Part shown: positions 10,801 through 21,372 of the stretch, in pieces
Layout: every line of letters starts with the position of its first letter
Numbering within the stretch: the first letter of the stretch is position 1
Assembly (NCBI GenBank): GCA_036867785.1
Contig: CP145413.1
Coordinates: 1,116,001 to 1,180,000, forward strand
Direction of reading: 5' to 3'
Length of the DNA stretch: 64,000 bases
Source of the DNA: Plasmodiophora brassicae
Taxonomy: Eukaryota
Made by a program: the position numbers and the translations under genes
Notes under the pieces: model-generated
Told to the model about the DNA's origin: nothing
Databases searched by the model: none
Seen by the model: the letters and a program-made list of their open reading frames with translations, nothing else

Positions 10801-13331
10801 AAGAGGATCCGCAAAAGAACTTTGGATTCCGACTCATTTCCACAAGATCGGATAATGGCCTGACACTAACGTCACCAATTAGGAAGTTGTCCGAATTAGG
10901 CACACATGATGATCATATACCTCCAGCCATAACCTGTTGCACAGAAGAGCCCTGATAAAAACGGCATTAAAATCACTAGACTGTGAGAAGCATGTACGGA
11001 AGACTCGAGCAGCGTCAAGGGCGCGATCGCGAAATCCCATATCGAGCAACACGAGTACAATGAGATCAGCTGCGAAAAGCAGTTCAGAGGAGCAGTCACA
11101 TACTAGGCCCTATCGGAACAGAGGTGTCAGACATGTCCCACGAGTCAGGCCAACCATCGTACCAGAGCAGTGGAGACGTACTGCGAACGTTGCGGTTCCT
11201 GTGAAACAAGTGCCCTGTCCATATTCCAGAGACACTGAACAGGAAGACAGTTGGACTCGCAGAGCCAGCTGGCAACTGTCTCCGCCAGGCTTGCCTGCCC
11301 CGAGGTAATGTCAAGTATGCAATAGTAGACGATATTAAGGAAAGGCAAAAGATCCGAATTAACCGCCTTCAGAACATCTTCAAGAAAGTCTGCGGATCGA
11401 TGTTCTTTCAGATAGGAAGGAAGAAGGATCTGAAGGAATGGTAGTCGAACATTAAGCAAGGAGGGCCAATGGCGTTGGATCCGTTCAAGCAAGTTGCGGT
11501 TCCGATCAAGGCAGAGCAGTAACGGAACCATCGAGAGGACACGTTCCAATCGGGAAATAACAGCTGTACAACGTTCAGAGGCGCTGCAGCACTTTTCCAT
11601 CGTTCGAGCAACGCTGGCCAAAGAAGAGACTTGGGACCGAACTTGCAGGATCTTACCGTGACAATGCTGACTGTGCAGCACGCTAATAAGGTCGCGGCCA
11701 GACTCAGTAGCACGCTCCTCCAGCCAGCTCAGAACTTGTGCCTCAGGATCACCAGCAATAGAGTTCTTCGTTGGCACATCACTGGCAGACGTCAAAGAAA
11801 CAATGAATGATACGATGCATCCGGTAACGCCAGCAGTCAGAACGAAACCAAGAAGTCGAGATAGATCTGATCCTGCCTTCTTGCGATCAACGACGCCAAG
11901 CTCAACAAGGGCATCCACAGCAGACTCAGGATGTTGGAAGGCTTCTAAACTATTGGCAGACAGAGTGTGCAGAAAACGAAGTTGACGTGGGACATAGGAG
12001 AAGGAAACGAACTGAACCGCCTTTGAGGAATATGTAATGCACCGCAATTGAAACGCGGACGTATTGCCAAACGGGCATGGTTTCGCTTCCATCCACGAAC
12101 TTAAAATCGTCATTCGTTTCTGGCGCAAGGACAAATCAGAAAGCGTCACCTCGCGTGCAATAACGGCATCTTTCTCGGAGTCGCACTGCAATAGATTAGG
12201 ACCCATATCAACATGACATACAATCTGAAATTACCTGGATGATGTGTACAACGTTATCCGTCTGACGCGAAGTGAGAACGGCGAACTCCGAAGATTGATC
12301 CGCCCATGGCATGTCGCTGAGGTGCGACTTAGCATCGTCCACAGATACTATGGCGTCTCCATACACGCCGGTAGATTTGGAACCAATAACGTTCGACGAG
12401 CGGATACCGCCCCGAGCATCGAGGCGAACAGATAGAACGGAGATTTGGATTGGGGGATTGCCAACTGGTCCAGATCTGGCATCCGAGAACCAGGTGACAA
12501 GTATGCGGCCGGGAGCCAAACTCCCGACCGATTTCCCCCGTTCGTCATTATTGGCCGCAGAATAGGCAAATCCATGAACAGCGGCATCAGTAGCAGGCAG
12601 CAGAGTCCTCGATACATTGGCAAATACATGCCAGGCAAGTACAGAGCCATTTTTCAATCCCAGGAGAACAGTCCACGTGTCCGGAATCCAGAACATGGTT
12701 GTTGCGGGCCCTTTGGGAACGATAAACGTGCATGACGCATCCCTGCATTTGATAATCAATTGCAGAGAAACTTATTTACCAATGACACGTACGTCATCAT
12801 ATCTGCGACGCCCGTGTCGTCTGAGAAGAGAATGCATGCAGAGCTGTCAGCTAGGCAGACAGCGAGACCGTATTGCCGCGCCTCATCCACCTGCCAATGT
12901 GACGTTTAGAAACATGAGGCACGGTTTACATTACTTGCGTGGCAGACCTGGCGAAGGTCGCCAAACGCGAACGCAGTGACAGGACTCGGACATCGGATCG
13001 GTTTGAGGTCGACAATCTTCCTGTGCGGGCTGACGAAGACGATTTGACAGTCGTCCAGCGCCACAGCGAGAAGAAATTGCTGTTTGAAAACGCACTCGCT
13101 GACCCTGATGATGTCAGCCGGGAAGTCGATACATTTCAGGAGTCGTCGTGATCCGTCTTCGATCGCGTAGAGCCTTAGGACGGACGCACTGCAGATCCAT
13201 AGGATGCGCCGATGGCGATCTGTCCCGGCGATGCCGATGTCCGCCTCGACTTCGTCTATGACCTCGCTGGACTGTGCTACGGCGACCGTATCCCAGGTCG
13301 GATCCACTGCTGACTGGAACGCGCCATCCAT
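7890..13331 (-). CDS. Large multi-exon ELYS/AHCTF1-like nucleoporin: beta-rich N-terminus, helical domain, long disordered basic C-terminus
   Basis: Colinear minus-strand ORFs 12906..13415, 12208..12759, 11145..12206, 10479..10814, 9302..10528 and 7890..9689. ELYS-like segment LFEWFIEANDIKTLFSIPFNVAEMAQLGLFL; S/T-P-rich tail ending RRSARLRNA. Confidence 0.6.
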
Positions 13332-13510
13332 CGCAAACTCGGCGCTGAGCCGAATGTCCGCCGACTGCGTCCCGCAGGGCACGCCGTGACCATTGCTGCT
13401 GCACCTCCCGTACATCAGGTGGAGATACCACGATACGTGGATGACGAGTGGAATCGGCTTTATAGCAAATGAAGCGTTGAGAAGGCTCGGTTTACTGGGG
13501 ACGGCCTCGA

Positions 13511-14988
13511 TTAACGCTTGACGAATGGGAAGCTCTTGCGAGCCTTCTTCCTTCCGAACTTCTTTCGTTCCACCATACGCGAGTCGCGCGTCAGGTAGCC
13601 AACCTTCTTCATTTCAGGGCGCAGCTCCGGGTTGAAGTTCTGGAGCGCGCGGGCGACTCCGAGCCGGATCGCCCCAGCTTGACTAGATATCCCGCCGCCT
13701 ACTAGAACGTGACAACCTGACAGAAAGAGCAGTTCACGTAGAATTACCGTAAGTGTCGACACGAATGTTAAACATGCCGTATGTCCCGGTAAGGAGTAGC
13801 GGCTGGAAACACGTGTAGCGATGAATATGGCGGGAGAAGTAATCGATGTAGTTTCGCCCATTGATTGTCATCTTGTACCCTTCACCAGGTGTGGTGACCG
13901 GTGTCAGAAACACGCGAGCAATGGAAGTCTTACGGCGACCTGGCTGACGGGTAAGGCGCGACATGAACATCAGAATATTGTGAAGATATACCTGTTCCGT
14001 AAGCTCGACCGAACTGATCAAGTTTAACTTCGCGTTTGAGCGGTTCAGCACCTCCTTTTCGCTCCTCGGTCTCGTACAGACCACCCCTTCTCTGTACTGC
14101 AGGCGGCTGCAAGTACTTATGTAACTCGGCACTCATTTCATCTTTCTCAGGATCGTACGTCCCCTCCAAAACCTGCTGGCGAACAGTTTCCCAACGAGAG
14201 CGATGTTCCGGGTCCAAGGAGCCTAACGACGATGATCACGTTGCGGACAGTAATGGATCCGTCTACTCACGTACCTGCAACCCACAGCGACCCTTTCTCA
14301 GCATCATCTCCAGCTTTCTTAATCGCTTCCTCTTGAGAATAACCCTTGTCAAGATATTCTTGAACGCCTACATGCCTGTCAGCGAATTCCATTCCTGCAA
14401 ATATCAGCCCGCGTTTTCTTGCCAACCTGTCGGGTCAGCAGTGAGACCGGGGGTGAAAGATTGCATGCGGTGAGATTTCTGGCTGTGAGGCCGTTTCCAG
14501 GACGATCGGCGCATCCGTGAGGCATTTTGTATGGCCAGGATCTCGTCGTACACCTGCATTGGCGTTTCGTTAGCCAGCGACTAATATGCAACGGGTTTGC
14601 ACCACCTTGTCGGCTTGAGCAGCCTGTCCCCACTGACGGTACTGGGCTTCCAGTTTTCTCAGCGAGTCAAGAACGGGGCGATCTTCAGGATCATCACCAC
14701 CAATTGCTCCTCCATAGAACCCGCCGAACACACTGGATCACACTTAACGCTCAATAAAACAAACGAACAGAATCACGCCAGCACGCACCCAGCGCCACCA
14801 GATGACCTTCCGCCAGCCCTGCCGCCACCCCCAGCAAACGATGCCCGATCCGCCGACCGCAACGACGACTTCAACGACTGGATCAATCGGTCGTGCGACG
14901 ACATGCCACCGGGTTCATCGGCAAACCCACGACAGCGCAGTGCCCGCCAGGCGGCGCTCGCGCGGGTGCGATGCATGCCGACCAGCAT
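13511..14988 (-). CDS. MRPS9: Mitochondrial ribosomal protein uS9m with N-terminal extension, multi-exon
   Basis: Motifs [37 protein letters not shown] and [27 protein letters not shown]. Arg/Ala-rich presequence [23 protein letters not shown]. Confidence 0.9.
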
Positions 14989-15616
14989 GCCCGAGCGCCG
15001 AGCGGTGTTGCCCGGGGTAATGTTGTGGGGTACCCTCGAATAAGTCCGCAACGCCGATGGCACACAACCGTGTTGACAGCACTGAGAAGAATATGCAAAT
15101 GGTGGATGCATAACAGAGACCCTCAGTAGTACAGTTCCGTACTGGATGAAACTTGTCGGATTCCTGGACGGGTTGCCGGCGGAACGATGAATGTGGCAGT
15201 CCGCAACGCAGTGTGCGTTCGGCCGACTAGATGGGAAATGGGTGAAGCCGGCTGTGATGTCGAGCTACGTGAGCACCGATACGTGTCACCACCGAATCAG
15301 CGGGTTGTAAACAAAGCAGACATCAACTTTCTGTTAAACGTAATTGAAAACAGGGGAGGCGAGATCATGCTGGAGCAGTATCGGGGAATGTTTGCTCAGA
15401 AACCCGATCTGATGGCACTATACAAGTGTGCAGATATAGAAGATCTGGGTATGTGTCTAACCGCATCAGATAATCCGTGAAATGTGCTGAATGACCTTTC
15501 AGTTAAGCATAAACATTGTGGGCTTCCAAGTATCTACACGCTCCTAAAAAGCGGAAGCGACATGCCAGAAAAGCTCAACCACAAAGTAATGGCTCTGGGG
15601 GCGATGCATGGCAGTG

Positions 15617-15813
15617 TGTTCATCCAGAGTACCAGTACTCAGATGATGCTGCTCAGATGCTGCTGCCACCCGGTCACATGATCATGACCGTACTCGACCC
15701 CGCAGCGGCCCTTGCTGTGACGATCCTGTCCAAATACATCAGTTCGTTATATCACCAGGCGCCGACTCTTGCGACCGACCGCCCCCGTAGTGGGCAGCGG
15801 CGGCGTTAGCACA
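15617..15813 (+). repeat. 5' LTR (197 bp)
   Basis: TGTTCATCCAGAG...GTTAGCACA; reads identical to 20756-20952. Confidence 0.96.
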
Positions 15814-15856
15814 GAAGCTTCTTGCGCAAAGAGCCCCAAGCAAACGAACTCACTTA

Positions 15857-18800
15857 ATGGCAGGAGGTGGCCGCAGAGCGCCCGTTCGTCTACAGATGGA
15901 GGACGACGCCAGGACCAACTCCGACGCCGAGGCCAAGGAGCATGAATCGTCGACAGATGACGAAATCGATCGAGGGCTTCAGTCAACAAACCTGCACGGT
16001 AAGAGCCCGATCTTTATGCCTTTGAAACCGCCCATCCTACGTACCCTGAGCCTTACGGCCAAGGACGGAATTAACGATTTCCTCAAGAAATATAGGAAAC
16101 ACGTCGAGATCGTTAACGAGCGCCGACTGATCTACAAGGAGGATATTCATCCGCCAACGGTGAAGTCATGCATTACCGAGGACGTCCTCAGAGGGATGTC
16201 GAAATATCGCCTACGTCAACCCGCCAGCACGATCACGGATGGCGACATCATGAGCTACTTGAGGTCAGTCCAACGCAGGGAGGCTGATGTCGAGAGTTCG
16301 ACAGACATCAAGGCGCTTCTCACGAAGACAGTGGTCATGAACCTGTCAATCAAGAGTATTGAGGAACGTGTCACGTCTTTCTTCGCCAAGTTCGATGAGC
16401 TAATCGACGACTATGGGCTACAAGACACATACGCCAAAGGAACGAAAGGAACCAAGCGCAAGATCAAGGTATTACGCGGAGGTATCCGTCCCACTGACCT
16501 TGCGGTTCTAGTCGAACGCGCGATCGAGTTCGGAGGGTGCAGGGACGCTGAGAAGGACGAGCTCAAATTCTTCGACCTCGTCGACCGTCTTGCCAAAGAG
16601 CAGGACAAACACTTCCGGCTGCAAGCTGAGAAGAAGAAGTCTCCAGCGCAGACCATGTCCCCACCTGCAGGTAAGAAAGGTAAGGACGTTGTTGCTCCGA
16701 ATAGGAATGGCGGCAAGCATCCGACAAATCCGATCGGACTGAAGACAGCTCAATCGTCCACATCGCAAACGAAAGACGAATCGAGGGACATCCCCGAGCA
16801 CATCCGAAAACGTTTCGAAGGTAAGGATCCTCCAAAGGCAGGTTGCCTAATCTGCAAGGAGCAGCACTGGGTCCAAGTGTGCCCGAAGGCAACTCAAGGA
16901 GAACGCAAAGCTGCCATTGAAAAGTTCCAGAAAGAGCGCAAAGAGAAGGAGGAGAGTAAGGGCAACGCAGACACGGCAAAGCGCATGGGCCCGCCGTCGC
17001 CGTCAACACCGTCCCCTATGAGACTTCGCTTCCAGAACTCGCTCGACCTTCCATTCGAAGCCGATAGTGGTGCGACGAAGACCGTCATTTCGCAATCGCA
17101 ACTGCTACGGATTCAAGCCATCCAGCATGTCCCAGTCAAAGTGTTCGACCATCCAACGGAGGCGAAACTTGCAACGATCGGGGCTACGACAACAATTGTC
17201 GCCACAGCGATCGTGGACATCACCATTGTCCCACCTTCGCATGGCAAACCTGCACATCTACGCGGGCGGGAAATCAACGTATGTCGCGAAGACCTATCTG
17301 ATGATATTGTCCTTTTAGGAGCCCCGGAACTGGACGCGTTGGGTATCAATCCAGCTACACAACTGAAGGAGATGTTAATCGAGGCAAATGGTCCTATCAT
17401 CATCGAAGCGGATCCGACCCCGGAACGTCACGCCCCAGGTGGTCAAGGGATCACGATGAGAGCGGTAAGACACCCGGAGGTAAGTGGAACAACTCGCGAT
17501 CATGAGCCCCAATTGGACACCAATGATCCGGGTGACGACTATGATGTCGAAATCGGAGAACACTCCGATACAGACGTGGACAGGGCAATAGACCGGATGA
17601 TACAACGTGCAACTGACTCCGGTTTCCCTAACGATCAAGTCCCGCGTCTACGCACAACTGTCAATCGACACAAAGACATATGGCGAACGAAGCTTGGCCG
17701 TGATCCACCTGCGAAAGTAAGTCCACTGAAACTACACTTCAAAGCAGATGCTCGTCCTGTTCGTTGCCGAACACGAAGGTATACCCTCGAACATCAAAAA
17801 TTCATGGATGATCACGTAGGAACCTTGGCGGAAAACGATTTTGTGTACCGCAATCCGCACAGCAGGTACGCGTCGCCGTGTCTGGTCGTCGACAAGAAGG
17901 ACACGGAGGTTCGCGGCCATCGGCTGACCGTCGACATCAATGAAGCCGTCAACAAACAGACCGAACGCATTGCATGGCCGATGCCTCACATCGACATCAT
18001 CCTGACCTACCTACGTTCCGCGACCATCTTCATGCTGTTCGATGCCTTTAAAGGCTATTGGCAATTTCCGTTGCACCCTGATTCGCAGGAGGCCTGCTCG
18101 TTCATGACGCACATCGCCACGTTTACACCCAGGCGCATCATCCAGGGAATCGCTGATTGCGTGTTTGCGTTCCAGGCGGGAATGCAACAGGTGTTGGGGA
18201 AACTTCTATATATCTGCGCCCTACTCTGGATCGACGATATCCTCGGCTACGTATCTGGATTCGGAGCCTACATGGACACACTCGAATCTCTTCTCAACGC
18301 TTTCGACGAGTTTGGAGTTAAACTCAACCCTGATCGCTGCCAGTTATATCTCACTTCAGTGACATGGTGCGGTCGCGTTATATCCGCTGATGGAGTGTCG
18401 TTCGATCGCTCGTATCTCAACGCCTTGCACGATCTATCAACTCCTATCACGGCTGCTGATCTCCAACAGTTCCTCTCGGGCCTCAATTGGGTCCGTTCTG
18501 TTATCCCTCAATTCGCGGCACATGTTCATCCGCTACAGGATCTACTTCTGTCCGCTTCTCGTTCTGTCAGCAGTCTGAAGAAATCACACCTACGTCGAGT
18601 TCGTTTAGCCGACATCGGCTGGACCACTGACCATCTCACCAGTTTCAATTCTCTGAAGCATCGACTATCGGAGGCCATGACGCTGGCGCACACCAAGGAC
18701 GAATGGATCATGTGTCTCTTTCCGGATGCGAGTGACCGTTTCTGGTCTGTTTTCCTGTCGCAGATCCCTCCGGAAGATATTGATCTCCCGTACGGTGAGC

Positions 18801-20746
18801 AACACCACGAACCTTTGTCGTTCATCTCGGGGACATTCCGTGGTTCTCAATTGAAGTGGGCGACCATTGAGAAGGAGGCCTACGCCATCATTGAAGGCTG
18901 CTATCGCCTCAGACACTTCATCTCTATGTCAAAGTTGGCACTTCGAATCTTCACAGACCACCGTAATTTGGTTTTCATTCTGAACCCTGCCTCGGTTGCA
19001 CGAATTAGTCGGACGACCGGCGATCGCTTGGAGCGCTGGCGACTTCAGATTATCGACCTAGATTTTCACATTGAGCACATTGCTGGGGAGGACAACGTTT
19101 GGGCCGACCTCGCCACGCGTTGGGGCGTCGCCCTGCAACCACTGTCCTCATTTTCCCCTCCCTCGTTCCGTTCTATTCGTCATATGGCAATTAATCTTGA
19201 CTTCGACGATTACAAGATGACCGATGAGTTTATCTGGCCGTCTGTCGACGAGATTAGTAACGCTCAGACCGACTACATTCGCCAACACGACCTATCTGCC
19301 GTTTCTGATATTCTCCAACTCGAAGGGGACATGTCTCTCCACCTTAGCCCGGAATCTGGCTGGCGTACTCCAGACAATCAACTCTGGGTACCATCACATG
19401 CACTGCAGCTACGCATCGCAGTGATTTCACATATGGGACTGTCTGGTCATCAACTTGCTGCATCGACTATTTCGAGCATCGCGCAACTCTTCTGGTGGCC
19501 TGATCTCGATTCCTTTGTTCGTGCATTTGTGGACAAATGCTTACACTGCCTACGCAACAAAGATTCGATGATCCCCCGACCTTATGGCACGGCTATGCAT
19601 GCGGACAAGCCCAATAAGGTCATCCACTATGACTTTCTGTTCTTATCCAAACCTCGTCCAGGCGATTCTCATCAACTTCGTTATGTTCTGGTTCTGAAGG
19701 ACGACGCTACGGCATTCGTCGAGTTAATTCCTTGTCAATTCGCGGATCACAGCGTTGTCGCCGAATCTCTTCTGGATTGGTTCAAACGTTTCGGCATTGT
19801 TTTCCAACATGTCTCTGACCGCGGCACACACTTCAAAAACGCGGTTATCGCCGAGCTTAATAGCCGGTTACACTGCAACCATCATTTCACAACTGCCTAC
19901 ACACCTTGGGCGAACGGCACGGTTGAGGTTGTCAACAAGCGGCTTCTCTTTCTGCTGAAGTCCCTCCTCTCCGAGCTAAATCTTCCATTCCAGGATTGGC
20001 CGTATGTCCTTCCGCTGATCAACATGACGGTAAATCACACTGTTCGATCAAGTGTGGGCTACGCGCCTGTCACGATGTTTACGGGTTTGCCACCCTCGAC
20101 ACCTATCTCGATTATCTTCAGCAAACGCATCGACGCGGTTATCGACGTACCGTTGACCCCTGACCGTCTCAAAGAAATGACGACGGAACTTATCGATTCT
20201 CTCGAGGACATGCACAAAGCAGTGGCACGTACACGCACCCATCTACGTGATCTCAAGCAACGCGCCCGGCGTCGCCGACGCAATGTTCGCGAGATCAACT
20301 TCACGACGGGCGACTATGTTCTCGTGGCCAACCATGGCAAGCACTCCAAGTCCGAGTACAACTGGACTGGACCTGCCCAGATTATCGACACCATCAACGA
20401 CTGGGTGTATCGAGTTCGAGATCTCTTGACTGATCGTATCTCAGATGTACACGCCCAGCGCTTAATGTTCTATGCAGATGCGCACTTGAATGTCACCTCT
20501 TCCCTGAAGCACAACATCGCGCTCACCGGCGTGGCTTACCAAGTCAACGCAGTCGAGGACATTCGAGTCAACTCTACGTCAGGTGACACTGAACTACTGA
20601 TCAACTGGATCGGATTCGATGCCACCGACAATTCATGGGAACCTTACTCGGTCATGGCGGCCGATGTTCCTGATATCGTCAGGGCCTTCCTCGAACGACA
20701 AGCCGAAGGAGACCCGCTCTGCTCACGACTGTTAGCAGATTTCTAA
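15857..20746 (+). CDS. Gag-Pol polyprotein (1629 aa): gag with Zn knuckle, protease, RT, RNase H, integrase, chromodomain
   Basis: CLICKEQHWVQVC; ADSGAT protease; FDAFKGYWQ and LLWIDDIL RT; FPDAS/EKEAYAI/FTDHRNL RNase H; HHCC plus D..SDRGTHF..E integrase; ELLINWIGFDATDNSWEP chromodomain. Confidence 0.96.
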   Translation: MAGGGRRAPVRLQMEDDARTNSDAEAKEHESSTDDEIDRGLQSTNLHGKSPIFMPLKPPILRTLSLTAKDGINDFLKKYRKHVEIVNERRLIYKEDIHPPTVKSCITEDVLRGMSKYRLRQPASTITDGDIMSYLRSVQRREADVESSTDIKALLTKTVVMNLSIKSIEERVTSFFAKFDELIDDYGLQDTYAKGTKGTKRKIKVLRGGIRPTDLAVLVERAIEFGGCRDAEKDELKFFDLVDRLAKEQDKHFRLQAEKKKSPAQTMSPPAGKKGKDVVAPNRNGGKHPTNPIGLKTAQSSTSQTKDESRDIPEHIRKRFEGKDPPKAGCLICKEQHWVQVCPKATQGERKAAIEKFQKERKEKEESKGNADTAKRMGPPSPSTPSPMRLRFQNSLDLPFEADSGATKTVISQSQLLRIQAIQHVPVKVFDHPTEAKLATIGATTTIVATAIVDITIVPPSHGKPAHLRGREINVCREDLSDDIVLLGAPELDALGINPATQLKEMLIEANGPIIIEADPTPERHAPGGQGITMRAVRHPEVSGTTRDHEPQLDTNDPGDDYDVEIGEHSDTDVDRAIDRMIQRATDSGFPNDQVPRLRTTVNRHKDIWRTKLGRDPPAKVSPLKLHFKADARPVRCRTRRYTLEHQKFMDDHVGTLAENDFVYRNPHSRYASPCLVVDKKDTEVRGHRLTVDINEAVNKQTERIAWPMPHIDIILTYLRSATIFMLFDAFKGYWQFPLHPDSQEACSFMTHIATFTPRRIIQGIADCVFAFQAGMQQVLGKLLYICALLWIDDILGYVSGFGAYMDTLESLLNAFDEFGVKLNPDRCQLYLTSVTWCGRVISADGVSFDRSYLNALHDLSTPITAADLQQFLSGLNWVRSVIPQFAAHVHPLQDLLLSASRSVSSLKKSHLRRVRLADIGWTTDHLTSFNSLKHRLSEAMTLAHTKDEWIMCLFPDASDRFWSVFLSQIPPEDIDLPYGEQHHEPLSFISGTFRGSQLKWATIEKEAYAIIEGCYRLRHFISMSKLALRIFTDHRNLVFILNPASVARISRTTGDRLERWRLQIIDLDFHIEHIAGEDNVWADLATRWGVALQPLSSFSPPSFRSIRHMAINLDFDDYKMTDEFIWPSVDEISNAQTDYIRQHDLSAVSDILQLEGDMSLHLSPESGWRTPDNQLWVPSHALQLRIAVISHMGLSGHQLAASTISSIAQLFWWPDLDSFVRAFVDKCLHCLRNKDSMIPRPYGTAMHADKPNKVIHYDFLFLSKPRPGDSHQLRYVLVLKDDATAFVELIPCQFADHSVVAESLLDWFKRFGIVFQHVSDRGTHFKNAVIAELNSRLHCNHHFTTAYTPWANGTVEVVNKRLLFLLKSLLSELNLPFQDWPYVLPLINMTVNHTVRSSVGYAPVTMFTGLPPSTPISIIFSKRIDAVIDVPLTPDRLKEMTTELIDSLEDMHKAVARTRTHLRDLKQRARRRRRNVREINFTTGDYVLVANHGKHSKSEYNWTGPAQIIDTINDWVYRVRDLLTDRISDVHAQRLMFYADAHLNVTSSLKHNIALTGVAYQVNAVEDIRVNSTSGDTELLINWIGFDATDNSWEPYSVMAADVPDIVRAFLERQAEGDPLCSRLLADF

Positions 20747-20755
20747 CACGGGGAG

Positions 20756-20952
20756 TGTTCATCCAGAGTACCAGTACTCAGATGATGCTGCTCAGATGCT
20801 GCTGCCACCCGGTCACATGATCATGACCGTACTCGACCCCGCAGCGGCCCTTGCTGTGACGATCCTGTCCAAATACATCAGTTCGTTATATCACCAGGCG
20901 CCGACTCTTGCGACCGACCGCCCCCGTAGTGGGCAGCGGCGGCGTTAGCACA
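20756..20952 (+). repeat. 3' LTR (197 bp)
   Basis: Copy of the 5' LTR, followed by TSD CAGTG. Confidence 0.96.
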
Positions 20953-21372
20953 CAGTGCCGGTGTGGGACCCGAGGATCTCGTGATCGGTACGAGCTCATT
21001 TGCACATGCGTTGTCCCGCGTATATGGACGCGAACTAAGTCCAGACATGGAGCGCTCTCTCGTCGAATGCTACACGTTCTTCGTTGAGTTGATGAGAACC
21101 TCCATTGAACAAAACGCTCCCGTCACCCCCTTCTATGTCATAGATGACAATATCCTGGGTCTCCATGAAGAACCCAGTGGGCTACAATCATTTCTGGAAA
21201 ACGCTGATATAGCGGACCTCTGAAACTGACTTGAACCGGGCCTTCTCATGCCCTGTTATGAGCAACAGGTCTGCTCATCCGCCTAATACACTGCGGTATG
21301 TATCCGGATCCTGTCGTCGAGGAGTGTTCCGACCCGCGTATATTGCGTACGGCGCGGACCGGGTCCAATTCC

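Larger units (their letters stand above)
15617..20952 (+). mobile_element. Full-length Ty3/gypsy (chromovirus-type) LTR retrotransposon
   Basis: TG...CA LTRs at 15617-15813 and 20756-20952; 5-bp TSD CAGTG at 15612-15616 and 20953-20957; short purine tract (GGGGAG) before the 3' LTR; intact gag-pol ORF. Confidence 0.97.
15187..21223 (+). pseudogene. Single-domain globin gene interrupted by the LTR retrotransposon (coding segments 15187-15448, 15503-15616 and 20958-21223)
   Basis: Removing intron 15449-15502, the element and one TSD restores one frame: ...EQYRGMFAQKPDLMALY...KVMALGAMHGSAGVGPEDLVIGTSSFAHALSRVYGRELSPDMERSLVECYTFFVELM. This is a 3/3 globin pattern with B10 Tyr, C2 Pro and F8 His. 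Confidence 0.8.
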
